IMG/VR virus record: IMGVR_UViG_3300035522_000061
Span: 1-64,000 of that record
Direction: 5' to 3' (one strand)
Length of the DNA stretch: 64,000 nt
DNA from: a virus
Taxonomy: Duplodnaviria > Heunggongvirae > Uroviricota > Caudoviricetes
Part shown: positions 38,148 through 47,451 of the stretch, piece by piece
Layout: the number at the start of each line of letters is the position of its first letter
Numbering within the stretch: the first letter of the stretch is position 1
Position numbers and translations under genes: made by a program
Notes under the pieces: generated by a model
Told to the model about the DNA's origin: nothing
Databases searched by the model: none
What the model saw: only the letters and a program-made list of their open reading frames with translations

Positions 38148-38768
38148 ATGGAAACAAGATATATTTCACTAACTCTTGAGAAGGCTAAAGAGTGGTATAA
38201 TAGTGGTAATGCAACACTCAAGGAGGTAGCATTACGAGCCTTTAATAAACAAGAGCTTATAACAAAAGACTGGAAAAATATCAAAACCTTTGAAGATGCT
38301 TGCAATACCTTGAATGTTGATAGTTCATTTTTGTTAGGTGGTGCAATATCTAAGTATTGTTTCAGAAAGCATCTTTCAGCTCTCTACAAGCTTGACATCA
38401 TTAGACAAGCATTAAATAAAGGCTATAAACCTTCATTGATTGATGATAAAATTTATTACCCTTGGGTTAGGTTATGTAAGGACTACGACGATATCCAGGA
38501 TGTAATAAAAAATAGTGACTTGGAGATCTGTGGCAAGGTTAAGCTTGAGGGCACTTCTTACTATTTAGTTGGGGGTGATTATATTGTAAGTTCGGTAGGT
38601 TTAGGTAGTTTTTATGGCAGATTTGGTGCTATAGATGCTAATTTAGGGTTACTAAGGTGTGAATCACTAGAGATAGCAAAGCATATAGGTAGGTATTTCG
38701 CTAAGGAAATCTTTGACGCTGTATATGGACAATATGATAATTATGAATGGATAGAAAATGGACGATAG
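38148..38768 (+). CDS. hypothetical protein
   Basis: 206-aa ORF. Confidence 0.45.
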   Translation: METRYISLTLEKAKEWYNSGNATLKEVALRAFNKQELITKDWKNIKTFEDACNTLNVDSSFLLGGAISKYCFRKHLSALYKLDIIRQALNKGYKPSLIDDKIYYPWVRLCKDYDDIQDVIKNSDLEICGKVKLEGTSYYLVGGDYIVSSVGLGSFYGRFGAIDANLGLLRCESLEIAKHIGRYFAKEIFDAVYGQYDNYEWIENGR

Positions 38769-39015
38769 ATTAAAAAAACTTTTAATTAAAGATGGTCAAT
38801 GCCAACTTTTAATTAAAGAATTAGAATGGTTACTAGACCATCCTGATTTTTGGGATCCAGATATTAAGGAAGAATATAAACATTCTATGTTATATCTTGC
38901 CGAATATGATAAAAAAGACTGGACTAGATATTTAAAAAGACGTTTAAATTTCTATGAAAAAGAATTAGAAAATATTAATGATCAAATGAACAAATTTAAA
39001 TATTTTGAAAAATGA
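38758..39015 (+). CDS. hypothetical protein
   Basis: 85-aa ORF. Confidence 0.4.
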   Translation: MDDRLKKLLIKDGQCQLLIKELEWLLDHPDFWDPDIKEEYKHSMLYLAEYDKKDWTRYLKRRLNFYEKELENINDQMNKFKYFEK

Positions 39016-39437
39016 TTACAGACTATTTTGTTGATGAGACCGTAGCTAAAATTTATAAAGATTTTGCTAAAAAGCAAGAATTTGAGAAGCCCAATAAAGT
39101 AGTAGCTGCTTTGTTATTTATAGAAGCAGATACTGAAAATCTTGACGCTTTAAAAGTTACAGAGGAAATTCTTCCTAATATGGTAACTATAAATGACGGG
39201 CACTTAACTAGAAGCTTTCAAGTTCTTGATAGTAAAGATGCTGATGAAGTAGTATTTAACTGTATTCAGCAACTTAAAGAAGAGTATGAAGAGGCTATAG
39301 AACCTGCTAGTTTAAGACCTTATATTAAGGTTGATTGGGCTAGCTATTTTAGTGACTTTGAACTGGATCATGTTCTTGATGGTGCTTATCATTTAAATAT
39401 AGATTATAAACATTTCTATTTAACACCTTTGGATTAA
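39012..39437 (+). CDS. hypothetical protein, paralog family A member
   Basis: VVAALLFIEADTENLDAL...VDWASYF...LDHVLDGAYHLNIDYKHFYLTP. Confidence 0.45.
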   Translation: MITDYFVDETVAKIYKDFAKKQEFEKPNKVVAALLFIEADTENLDALKVTEEILPNMVTINDGHLTRSFQVLDSKDADEVVFNCIQQLKEEYEEAIEPASLRPYIKVDWASYFSDFELDHVLDGAYHLNIDYKHFYLTPLD

Positions 39438-39438
39438 A

Positions 39439-39726
39439 ATGTTAAACATAACTATAGTAGTCAATAATTCTAAAGAATCTAAAAAGTTTACAGATGCTAT
39501 CATACCTGTAAATAAAGAAAAGGAGTCTATTTATTTCACTATTTTAAATACGGAATATCACTCGGATAAAAACCGTGCTTATAAATTAAAAAGTGAATAT
39601 GGTGCTAGATTAAATCCATTTATTCTAGTTATGAAAGATGGGAATTTAAATAAACTCTTTTACAAAGAAGCTTGCGAAGACCCTATAGAAGATTTAATTA
39701 ATTACTTAAAGGATGCGAGAACTTAA
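39439..39726 (+). CDS. hypothetical protein, paralog family B (with 45470..45727)
   Basis: KLKSEYGARLNPFILVMKDG...DLINYLK versus KLKGSFGARLTPFVAIFEND...SLINYLNQ. Confidence 0.45.
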   Translation: MLNITIVVNNSKESKKFTDAIIPVNKEKESIYFTILNTEYHSDKNRAYKLKSEYGARLNPFILVMKDGNLNKLFYKEACEDPIEDLINYLKDART

Positions 39727-40105
39727 ATTTACGGATTTAATAGCAATATCTAATTTAATACCTCTTAATAATTTATGGCATTGTAATTCCATAGAATTAG
39801 CTGAGAAGGGTTTGTCTACAGAACAAATCTATAATATTCAGCATAGCTCTTGTGGTTATATAGTTATATGGAAAGATGATGGTTTTAGATTTGAAGGTTG
39901 GTGTGCTATCTTTGCTGAAGGTGTATCTCTTTACATAGATGCCGGAAGTGAATGGTATAGAACTTCTAATATAGAGTCTATTAATTGGAATTCTGAGTAT
40001 TTTACTACTCAGAATTCTAAATATTACTTTAAATTGGATAATTGTTTGCATATTGACTTAGATGAATGGGCTAAAGCCTCAATCGAAGTGCAAAATGACT
40101 TATGA
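39713..40105 (+). CDS. hypothetical protein
   Basis: 130-aa ORF. Confidence 0.4.
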   Translation: MRELKFTDLIAISNLIPLNNLWHCNSIELAEKGLSTEQIYNIQHSSCGYIVIWKDDGFRFEGWCAIFAEGVSLYIDAGSEWYRTSNIESINWNSEYFTTQNSKYYFKLDNCLHIDLDEWAKASIEVQNDL

Positions 40106-40153
40106 AGAACTTGAAGAGCAATTCTGTAAAGAGTTGCAAAAAGTAAAACCTAA

Positions 40154-40435
40154 ATGGAAAATAACTTCAGAAATATTAAAGGAGCTATAACCATGTTTGC
40201 TGTGAATAAAAAGTGGATTAGAAATCATATATACGGTAACGTAGATATTTTTGAACAGGAAAAAGGTGAGGAATGGCAAAGTGGTATTTTCTGGGCAGGT
40301 GATGCACAACATTATTCATTACTGTATATTAGTGATTATTACAATCCATTAAGAGATGTGATTGATTATTACAGAAATAATCATGAAGCATCTAAAACTA
40401 CAGAAATTTCTAATTTAAATGTTGGTTTTCTATGA
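40154..40435 (+). CDS. hypothetical protein (YYRN motif)
   Basis: 93 aa. Its C-terminal DVIDYYRNN motif is shared with the next ORF (DIINYYRNK). Confidence 0.4.
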   Translation: MENNFRNIKGAITMFAVNKKWIRNHIYGNVDIFEQEKGEEWQSGIFWAGDAQHYSLLYISDYYNPLRDVIDYYRNNHEASKTTEISNLNVGFL

Positions 40436-40704
40436 TTAATTTTAAGAGTTTAAATGGTGTAGAAGTTGTGTATGATGCACAGTATACACAAACTAAAAAT
40501 ATTGGTGAAGTGCTTGAATGTACTCAAGAACCGTATTTTATAGATGAAGACTTCTTTGAAGAGCGTGTTGATGATTACGAAGAAAACTACGCTCCATTAG
40601 TTGGTTTAGCTTGTGATGTAAGTGATAAATATACAACTGTTTATGTTGCTTCAGATGCGGAATCGTTAGTTTATGATATAATTAATTATTATAGAAATAA
40701 ATGA
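40432..40704 (+). CDS. hypothetical protein (YYRN motif)
   Basis: 90 aa with an ATGA overlap. Confidence 0.4.
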   Translation: MINFKSLNGVEVVYDAQYTQTKNIGEVLECTQEPYFIDEDFFEERVDDYEENYAPLVGLACDVSDKYTTVYVASDAESLVYDIINYYRNK

Positions 40705-40949
40705 TTTTAATAAAAATATGCGGAATCTGTTTAGTAATATATACTCTTTATTGTATGCTAAATACTGCTAATATGACATTAGAGGATTTTATGGAATTTA
40801 AAAGTAAAGACGAGGATGCAGAATATTTGCTTAAATTTCTAAAAGATAATCCTAAAATAGCGCAATCTTATGTTATATTAGTTAAAGTAGGAATACTAGT
40901 ATTATTATGTATTCCCTTTATGTGTGGAATTTATGCTTGGCTTTACTAA
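40701..40949 (+). CDS. small membrane protein
   Basis: Two predicted TM helices. Confidence 0.4.
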   Translation: MILIKICGICLVIYTLYCMLNTANMTLEDFMEFKSKDEDAEYLLKFLKDNPKIAQSYVILVKVGILVLLCIPFMCGIYAWLY

Positions 40950-40972
40950 AATATTTTTAAAAATAATAAATT

Positions 40973-41188
40973 ATGACATTATACACAGTTCAAATTATAT
41001 TTCAAGGGGATTGGACTCCTCTTCTTGTTACTACAGATAAAGAACTCGCTGAGAAAGAAATAGAACAAGTAAATAAAAATTATCTTAGTAATTCTGCAGA
41101 TAAACCAATTATAGATATTTTTGAAAGAGAAGCAGAAGACGATACAACAGTTTTTTATAATTATGATTGGTATTGTGAAGATATTTAA
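40973..41188 (+). CDS. hypothetical protein
   Basis: 71-aa ORF. Confidence 0.4.
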   Translation: MTLYTVQIIFQGDWTPLLVTTDKELAEKEIEQVNKNYLSNSADKPIIDIFEREAEDDTTVFYNYDWYCEDI

Positions 41189-41215
41189 TTCAATAATAAA
41201 TAAATTTTAGTAATT

Positions 41216-41383
41216 ATGAAAGAAACAAAATCTAACGAGAAGTATTGGTTTAAAAATTATAAACCCAACAAGAATGCTAAAGCTGTTACTTATAAAGGGA
41301 CAGAGTACCTTTCCAAAGCACAATGTATGGCTCTTGAAGGAATAACCAGAAAAGAATTGGACGAGTATCTTAAAAATGCGTAA
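41216..41383 (+). CDS. hypothetical small protein (55 aa)
   Basis: ORF below the track threshold, placed between the upstream gene and a terminator. Confidence 0.3.
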   Translation: MKETKSNEKYWFKNYKPNKNAKAVTYKGTEYLSKAQCMALEGITRKELDEYLKNA

Positions 41384-41390
41384 TTAATTT

Positions 41391-41426
41391 TAGAGGGAGC
41401 TAATAACTCCCTCTTTTTAATTTTAT
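41391..41426 (+). terminator. rho-independent terminator
   Basis: AGAGGGAGC-TAATAA-CTCCCTCT followed by TTTTTAATTTT. Confidence 0.6.
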
Positions 41427-41432
41427 AAAATA

Positions 41433-42227
41433 ATGATTTTAACTGTAAACGAACTATTAAAAGGTAAAGCCACTATCATTAAGGATAAGGAATATTTGAG
41501 TACTGAAGCATTTGTAACTCCATTTTTAGAAAGAATGTCTAAATTAACTAGTGATTTTAGAGTACAGGCTAAACTTCCAAGTCAAATAAGTCTTACAAAA
41601 GATGACGACATGAATCTTGAAGATACTGTATTTAATAGAGTATGGGTTCAAGCTGTTCTTCCAGAGGAATATTCTTTTCACAATCATCAAGAAGTAATTG
41701 GGATGGTATATGGATTAGATACTAGAAAACCAGTATTTAAAATATATCGAGGTGCTTTAAATATGGCTTGCTTAAATTTATGCGTATTTGATCCAATATT
41801 TTTAAATGTTCAAGAAATTGAACCTGAGAAGACTATTAATTATAATGTACTAAATAGTTTATTGGAATATACTTCTGATATAACAGATTGGTTAAATCAA
41901 TTAACTAATACTGAAGTAGAATATAATGAAGAATCCATAAATGAAAATCTGGGATTGTGGGTTAGAAAATCTCTTAGTTGTTCTTATGATACCGGATTTG
42001 GTAAAGTAAAATTAGCAGCTAGTACTGCAATAGATGCTTACAAATTACTTTATGAGAAAAAAGATTCTCCATATTATGTAAAACCTGGAGAAACCACAAA
42101 TATGTTTAATGTTTATAATGCTTTTACCGAGCTTATAACTAATGATGGAACTAAAGGAGAGGGATCTAAAGACATATTAAATAAATGTGAAAAGACCTTG
42201 CTGTTGAAGAATATTCTTACTCTATAA
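41433..42227 (+). CDS. hypothetical protein
   Basis: 264-aa ORF immediately upstream of nrdD. Confidence 0.45.
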   Translation: MILTVNELLKGKATIIKDKEYLSTEAFVTPFLERMSKLTSDFRVQAKLPSQISLTKDDDMNLEDTVFNRVWVQAVLPEEYSFHNHQEVIGMVYGLDTRKPVFKIYRGALNMACLNLCVFDPIFLNVQEIEPEKTINYNVLNSLLEYTSDITDWLNQLTNTEVEYNEESINENLGLWVRKSLSCSYDTGFGKVKLAASTAIDAYKLLYEKKDSPYYVKPGETTNMFNVYNAFTELITNDGTKGEGSKDILNKCEKTLLLKNILTL

Positions 42228-42287
42228 ACATTTTGTTATATGGGAATAATTGTGTATATTTATCAATTAACCCTAAAATAAATAATA

Positions 42288-43499
42288 ATGAAAGTAACAA
42301 AAAGAAACGGTGAGCCCGCTGAGTTTAATAGAAGTAAAATTGTAAATGCAGTTTCAGCAGCATTTAAAGAATGTGGGTACGAAAGTATCCCTAAAACTAT
42401 TGAGGAAATTGTAGATGAAGTCCAGATTTGGGATAATATCAGTATTGAAGATATACAAGATCAAGTTGAAGAACTTTTAATGGATTATGGATATTCAGAT
42501 GTAGCTAAAGCTTATATTCTTTATAGAGAAGAACGTAAGATGATCCGTGCTGAAAAAGATAAACTCATTAAAGGTATTAAATCTAAACTTGAAGCTTCTA
42601 ATGTAAAAAATCAAAATGCTAATATTGATGAGCATTCATTTGGTGGACGTATTGGCGAAGCAGGTAGAGTTGTAACTAAAGATTATGCTCTTAATTATTG
42701 TATGTCTGAAATGGCTAAGCATAATCATGAAAATAATGAAATATACATTCATGATTTGGATTCTTACGCTGTAGGGATGCACAACTGTTTGAGCATACCA
42801 GTAGATGACTTACTTGCTAACGGGTTTAAGCTAAAGCAAACTGATGTTAGACCTGCTAAGAGTATTAATACAGCATTTCAATTATTAGCTGTAATATTCC
42901 AAGTACAAAGTTTACAACAATTTGGTGGTGTATCTGCAACTCATTTAGATTGGACTATGGTTCCCTATGTAAGACTATCTTTTAATAAGCATTATAGAAC
43001 TGGATTGAAGTATATTGATCACATTCGTAATGAAAAATACGATCAAACAGATTTGTCTATAGAAGATAGTTTGTATAAAGAACATCCTAATTCTTATGAA
43101 TATGCTTTGGATATGACTAAACGAGAAATTCATCAAGCTGTTGAAGGTATGTATCATAATTTAAATACTCTACAAAGTAGAAGTGGTAATCAATTACCTT
43201 TTACTTCTATTAATTATGGTACTTGTACACAACCTGAAGGACGTCTTATTAGTCTAGCTTTACTTGAAGTAAGTAAGAATGGTATTGGTAGCCATCATAG
43301 CACTCCGATTTTTCCGTGCTGTATCGTTCAATTAATGAAAGGTGTTAATCGAAAACCTGGAGATCCGAATTATGATATATTCCAAGAAGCTACTAAGGTT
43401 ACGAGTCTTAGGTTATACCCTAATTATGCCAATGTAGATTGGTCTGGTAATGAAGGGTATGATATAAACGATCCTCGCACTTATTTCAGTACAATGGGT
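42288..43499 (+). CDS. nrdD: anaerobic ribonucleoside-triphosphate reductase NrdD, exon 1 (ATP cone plus N-terminal catalytic region)
   Basis: ATP-cone start MKVTKRNGEPAEFNRSKI. The ORF-track ORF runs to 43505 (...YFSTMGK*). The proposed exon ends after STMG at 43499. Confidence 0.7.
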
Positions 43500-43792
43500 A
43501 AGTGAAAACTGCAGCCCATTTAAAATCTCTTTAACCCTGCTTAAGGGGTGTTTCTATTTAAGCGTAGAAGCTAACGGTTAGGTCTTATTATATAATTGCA
43601 GTGTAAATAATAAGATGAGACCGTGCTAATGTACTTATAGTTATATTAGTACAGAATGTGTATCGACTAAGGGTGATGAGTGTAGCCCTGTAGGATCGGA
43701 GATAAGCACCGATTCCAAACAAGAGACAACTCTTTGTTGTGAAACAAGGAATGAACATATAGTCAGTTCCGATGGTGACATTGGGTAAAATG
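43500..43792 (+). mobile_element. putative group I intron in nrdD (no ORF)
   Basis: 293-nt GC-richer insert. Splicing after ...ATGGGT (U at -1) to TGTAGA... (intron ends in G) gives STMG|CRTANGW. T4 nrdD/sunY is a known intron-containing precedent. Confidence 0.5.
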
Positions 43793-44785
43793 TGTAGAAC
43801 TGCGAATGGCTGGGATATTAATGGTTTTGGTCAACTTAAAGATGGTAGAGGTAATATCTGTCCTGTTACAATCATACTTCCTACACTTGCAATGAATTCT
43901 AAACTGCAAGCTATATCTAATATGGATAATGCAGATGTAAATATCAAGGATTTAGTATGGAATAAATTTATTGAATTGTTGGATACTAAGATTCATGAAG
44001 CAAAAGATATGCTAATTGAACGATTTGATTGGATATGTAGTCAAGATGCTGCATCCGCTAAGTTTATGTATCAAAATAATGTAATGTATGGATATAAACC
44101 TGAAGAAGGTATCCGTTCAGCATTAAAACATGGTACTTTAGCTATTGGTCAATTAGGATTATCAGAAGCTTTGAGAATTATTTTCGGTAAAGACCACACT
44201 GATTCAGAAATTATGGATAAAGCTAAAGAATTAGAAGCTCTCTTTAAGAAGAGATGTAGTGAATTCAAAGAAGCTTATAAACTTAATTTTGGTGTTTACT
44301 ATACTCCTGCTGAAAATCTGTGTTATACAGCAATGCAGAAATTTAAGAAGCAATTTGGCGAAGTTCCAGGAATTACAGAACGTGAGTTCTTTACTAATAG
44401 TATGCACGTACCTGTATGGCATGAATGCACTCCATTTGAGAAAATTGAAATTGAATCACAGCTTACTGGTTTCAGTAGTGCAGGTTGTATAACTTATGTT
44501 GAATTACCTGCTTCTACTAAGCATAATCCAGAAGCTATTGAAGAGATTGTTAATTATGCAATGGATCATGATATTCCATACTTTGCCATTAATGTACCAA
44601 ATGATTCTTGTCAAGACTGTGGTTATATTGATGAATTGAATGATACTTGTCCTATGTGCGGTAGTAAAAATATCAAACGATTACGTCGTGTAACAGGCTA
44701 CCTTACCGGAGACTACAAGACGTCATTTAACGTTGGTAAGCAACAGGAGGTCGAACAACGAGTTAAACATATAAAAGAATTATAA
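43793..44785 (+). CDS. nrdD: NrdD exon 2 (glycyl-radical C-terminal half)
   Basis: Glycyl radical motif RRVTGYLTG near the C-terminus and Zn-ribbon CQDCGY...CPMCGS. The track ORF begins at 43772 inside the putative intron. Confidence 0.7.
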   Translation, partial: CRTANGWDINGFGQLKDGRGNICPVTIILPTLAMNSKLQAISNMDNADVNIKDLVWNKFIELLDTKIHEAKDMLIERFDWICSQDAASAKFMYQNNVMYGYKPEEGIRSALKHGTLAIGQLGLSEALRIIFGKDHTDSEIMDKAKELEALFKKRCSEFKEAYKLNFGVYYTPAENLCYTAMQKFKKQFGEVPGITEREFFTNSMHVPVWHECTPFEKIEIESQLTGFSSAGCITYVELPASTKHNPEAIEEIVNYAMDHDIPYFAINVPNDSCQDCGYIDELNDTCPMCGSKNIKRLRRVTGYLTGDYKTSFNVGKQQEVEQRVKHIKEL

Positions 44786-44787
44786 AA

Positions 44788-44967
44788 ATGACTAAACTTA
44801 CTTTACAGGTAGAAAATACAATTTTTTCTTGGGAAACAAATTGTAATGATTGTTCTGTTGGAGAAATATTGCAAGGATTGCATGGTTTAATGGTGGGGCA
44901 TTCATTTTGTTCTGAAACGGTGCTAAAAGGTATGCGAAATTATGTAGAAGAGAATGAACTATCTTAA
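44788..44967 (+). CDS. hypothetical small Cys-rich protein (59 aa)
   Basis: Fills the nrdD-nrdG gap. Contains CNDCS...GHSFCSE. Below the track threshold. Confidence 0.3.
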   Translation: MTKLTLQVENTIFSWETNCNDCSVGEILQGLHGLMVGHSFCSETVLKGMRNYVEENELS

Positions 44968-45466
44968 AATAACTTATCCTGATATTAATAACGGATGCGG
45001 ATGTCGAGTAACTCTTTGGGTTGCTGGGTGTCCGCATCATTGTATAGGGTGTCATAATCCAGAATCGTGGATTGAAAATAATGGAAAACCTTTTACAGAA
45101 GAAACTAAGAAGCAATTATTTAAAATTCTTGAATTACCTTATATTAAAGGTATAACATTTTCTGGTGGAGAACCTATAAAACTCGATAATTCTAAATATG
45201 CACAAGAGTTAGAAAATCTTATACTTGAGATAAGAGAAAAATTTCCAACTAAAGATATTTGGATTTACACAGGATATACAATAGAACAGATTCTTAAAAA
45301 CTTTAATTGGCATACAGTATTGTGTAATATAGATATTTTAATAGATGGGGAATTTTATTTAGAAGATAGAGATGTATCATTACCTTTTAGAGGTTCAAGC
45401 AATCAAAGAATTATAGATGTTAAAGAATCTTTAGCACAATATCATTTAGTATTAAAGAAATATTAA
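44954..45466 (+). CDS. nrdG: anaerobic ribonucleotide reductase activating protein NrdG (radical SAM)
   Basis: NGCGCRVTLWVAGCPHHCIGCHNPESW carries the CxxxCxxC radical-SAM cluster motif. Located next to nrdD. Confidence 0.8.
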   Translation: MNYLKITYPDINNGCGCRVTLWVAGCPHHCIGCHNPESWIENNGKPFTEETKKQLFKILELPYIKGITFSGGEPIKLDNSKYAQELENLILEIREKFPTKDIWIYTGYTIEQILKNFNWHTVLCNIDILIDGEFYLEDRDVSLPFRGSSNQRIIDVKESLAQYHLVLKKY

Positions 45467-45469
45467 TAT

Positions 45470-45727
45470 ATGGATATATTTATTGTTTATAATGATGAAT
45501 CTACAATAAAGAGAATAGACGGTACTTTTAAAGTATCTCCTTTCTTTCATTTTATAGATGATCAAACTAGATATGGCAAGAAGGAAGCTTGGAAATTAAA
45601 AGGTAGTTTTGGAGCTAGATTAACTCCATTTGTAGCAATATTTGAGAATGATAAACCCATTAAGGCGTTTTATTCAGAAACTGGGGAAGATGTAATTAAA
45701 TCTTTAATTAATTATTTAAATCAATGA
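45470..45727 (+). CDS. hypothetical protein, paralog family B (with 39439..39726)
   Basis: 85 aa. Possible thioredoxin-like fold without CxxC. Sits between nrdG and the phosphatase gene. Confidence 0.45.
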   Translation: MDIFIVYNDESTIKRIDGTFKVSPFFHFIDDQTRYGKKEAWKLKGSFGARLTPFVAIFENDKPIKAFYSETGEDVIKSLINYLNQ

Positions 45728-45930
45728 TAGTAGTTTTAGGAGACATACACGGCAGAACTATATGGAAGAAAATTCTAGAAATAGAGCATCCAGATAAGGT
45801 AATATTTCTTGGAGATTATGTAACTACCCATTATGGTATTTCATCAGAAACACAAATAGAAAATTTAAAAGAGATCCTAACATATAAAGAAAATAATCCT
45901 GACAAAGTAATACTTCTACGAGGAAACCAT
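45724..45930 (+). CDS. lambda-type Ser/Thr protein phosphatase (PPP family), exon 1
   Basis: GDIHGR, FLGDYV and LRGNH motifs. The track ORF continues seven codons to a stop at 45948. Confidence 0.55.
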
Positions 45931-46972
45931 AAAATTAACAAATTTTAAAAATTTTTAATTGGCAATCTGAGGTAATCATATTATATTTGTAATAATAAAA
46001 TTCAAATATATATGAGTACTAGAAAATACTATTTTAATGAAAATTATTTTAATGAGTTAAAAACTCATGAACAAGCATATATATTAGGCTTTATATATGC
46101 AGATGGGTATAATCGAGAAGATTGTCTAGAATTAGATCAATTAGGTGAAAGAATTGATATATTAGAAAAAATTAATAAAGCATTAAATTCCGAATATCCT
46201 ATAAAGAGTTACAGTCCCAATATTTATAGACTTACTTTTAATAGTGTAAAATTATGTTCCGATTTGATAAAACTAGGAGCAATCCGCAATAAATCTTTAA
46301 CTCTTACTTTTCCAACTTTTATTCCTATTGAATTAATGTCTTCTTTTATTTTAGGATATTTTGACGGGGATGGTTGTGTTTGGAACGGTAAACGTAAAGT
46401 AATGACTGTAAAAAATGAAAAGAAGCCTGGAGAATATAGAAATAGAATAGTTCATAATGTAAAATTTACTTTTACTGGCAATTCTGAATTTATAAGTTCT
46501 TTACAGGATTTTTTAATTCAACAGGGTATTGTTTCTAAAAAAACTAAATTAAATTTTAGTAAAGCGAAGAATCCTAACACTCCTACGTGTGATAAAGTTT
46601 GCACAATGGAATATTCTGGTAGAAAACAAATGCGAAATTTGTATGAATATATGTATTCTAAATCACCTATTTGGTGTAATGAAAAAAAATTAAAATTTGA
46701 ACAAATATTTTGTGCGTCTAAGGAGAAATCCTTAGAGGACACCTCGTTAATTGCTGGAACGTCTGAGATGATAATCAGCAGCCAAGCTTCAGATAATATA
46801 TCTGTTGAAGGTTCATCGACTATCCCTGAAATGGGAGTAGAATCAAGTGATTCGAAATGCGAGGCTCCTAACTCTGTAAAAGAGAAGGATGAAGATATAG
46901 TCAGTTCTGCAACAAAATGAAGTTGCAGCGTTAAAATTGGGATTAATTTAACGAATTAATCTAAACAAAAAG
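45931..46972 (+). mobile_element. putative group I intron with LAGLIDADG homing endonuclease inside the phosphatase gene
   Basis: Splicing after ...AACCAT (U at -1) to GATAATCAAGAA... (intron ends in G at 46972) joins RGNH|DNQELGYSW, recreating the GNHD/E motif. The downstream frame is open from 46973 with no ATG. Confidence 0.5.
46012..46920 (+). CDS. LAGLIDADG homing endonuclease
   Basis: LGFIYADGY and LGYFDGDGCV motifs. Ser/Glu-rich C-terminal tail. Confidence 0.7.
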   Translation: MSTRKYYFNENYFNELKTHEQAYILGFIYADGYNREDCLELDQLGERIDILEKINKALNSEYPIKSYSPNIYRLTFNSVKLCSDLIKLGAIRNKSLTLTFPTFIPIELMSSFILGYFDGDGCVWNGKRKVMTVKNEKKPGEYRNRIVHNVKFTFTGNSEFISSLQDFLIQQGIVSKKTKLNFSKAKNPNTPTCDKVCTMEYSGRKQMRNLYEYMYSKSPIWCNEKKLKFEQIFCASKEKSLEDTSLIAGTSEMIISSQASDNISVEGSSTIPEMGVESSDSKCEAPNSVKEKDEDIVSSATK

Positions 46973-47449
46973 GATAATCAAGAACTTGGATATAGTTGGG
47001 GTGAATGTTCTGGATATGATTCATATGTAGCTAAACATATGACTGCTATGAAGGATAGATTTCTAGAAGATACTCAATGGATACATATTGAAAATAATAT
47101 AATCTTTTCACATGCTGGAGTTTCTAAGGTTTGGTTAGAACAAAGTGCTAAAGTTAAGCTAGAGGATGTTAATAAATTACCCCCTTCAGAAATATTTGGA
47201 TTTATTCCTGATAATCGCTATGATTTCTGTGGAGAATCAGTAACACAATCTATTACTTGGATTCGACCCACTAAGTTAATATCATGTAATATAGATGGAT
47301 ATGATCAAGTAATTGGTCATAGTCCTGTAGAAGAAATTACAAGCATGGTAGCAGATAATGGACAATTAATTTATGCGTGTGATTGTCTCGAAAACAAACA
47401 GTATTTAGTTATTGATAATAATAAATTTATTCCTAAAAGTATTTTATAA
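46973..47449 (+). CDS. Ser/Thr protein phosphatase exon 2
   Basis: IFSHAGV (HGG-type motif) and VIGHSP (final GH motif). The first Met is at 47039 but the frame opens at 46973. Confidence 0.55.
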   Translation, partial: DNQELGYSWGECSGYDSYVAKHMTAMKDRFLEDTQWIHIENNIIFSHAGVSKVWLEQSAKVKLEDVNKLPPSEIFGFIPDNRYDFCGESVTQSITWIRPTKLISCNIDGYDQVIGHSPVEEITSMVADNGQLIYACDCLENKQYLVIDNNKFIPKSIL

Positions 47450-47451
47450 TT

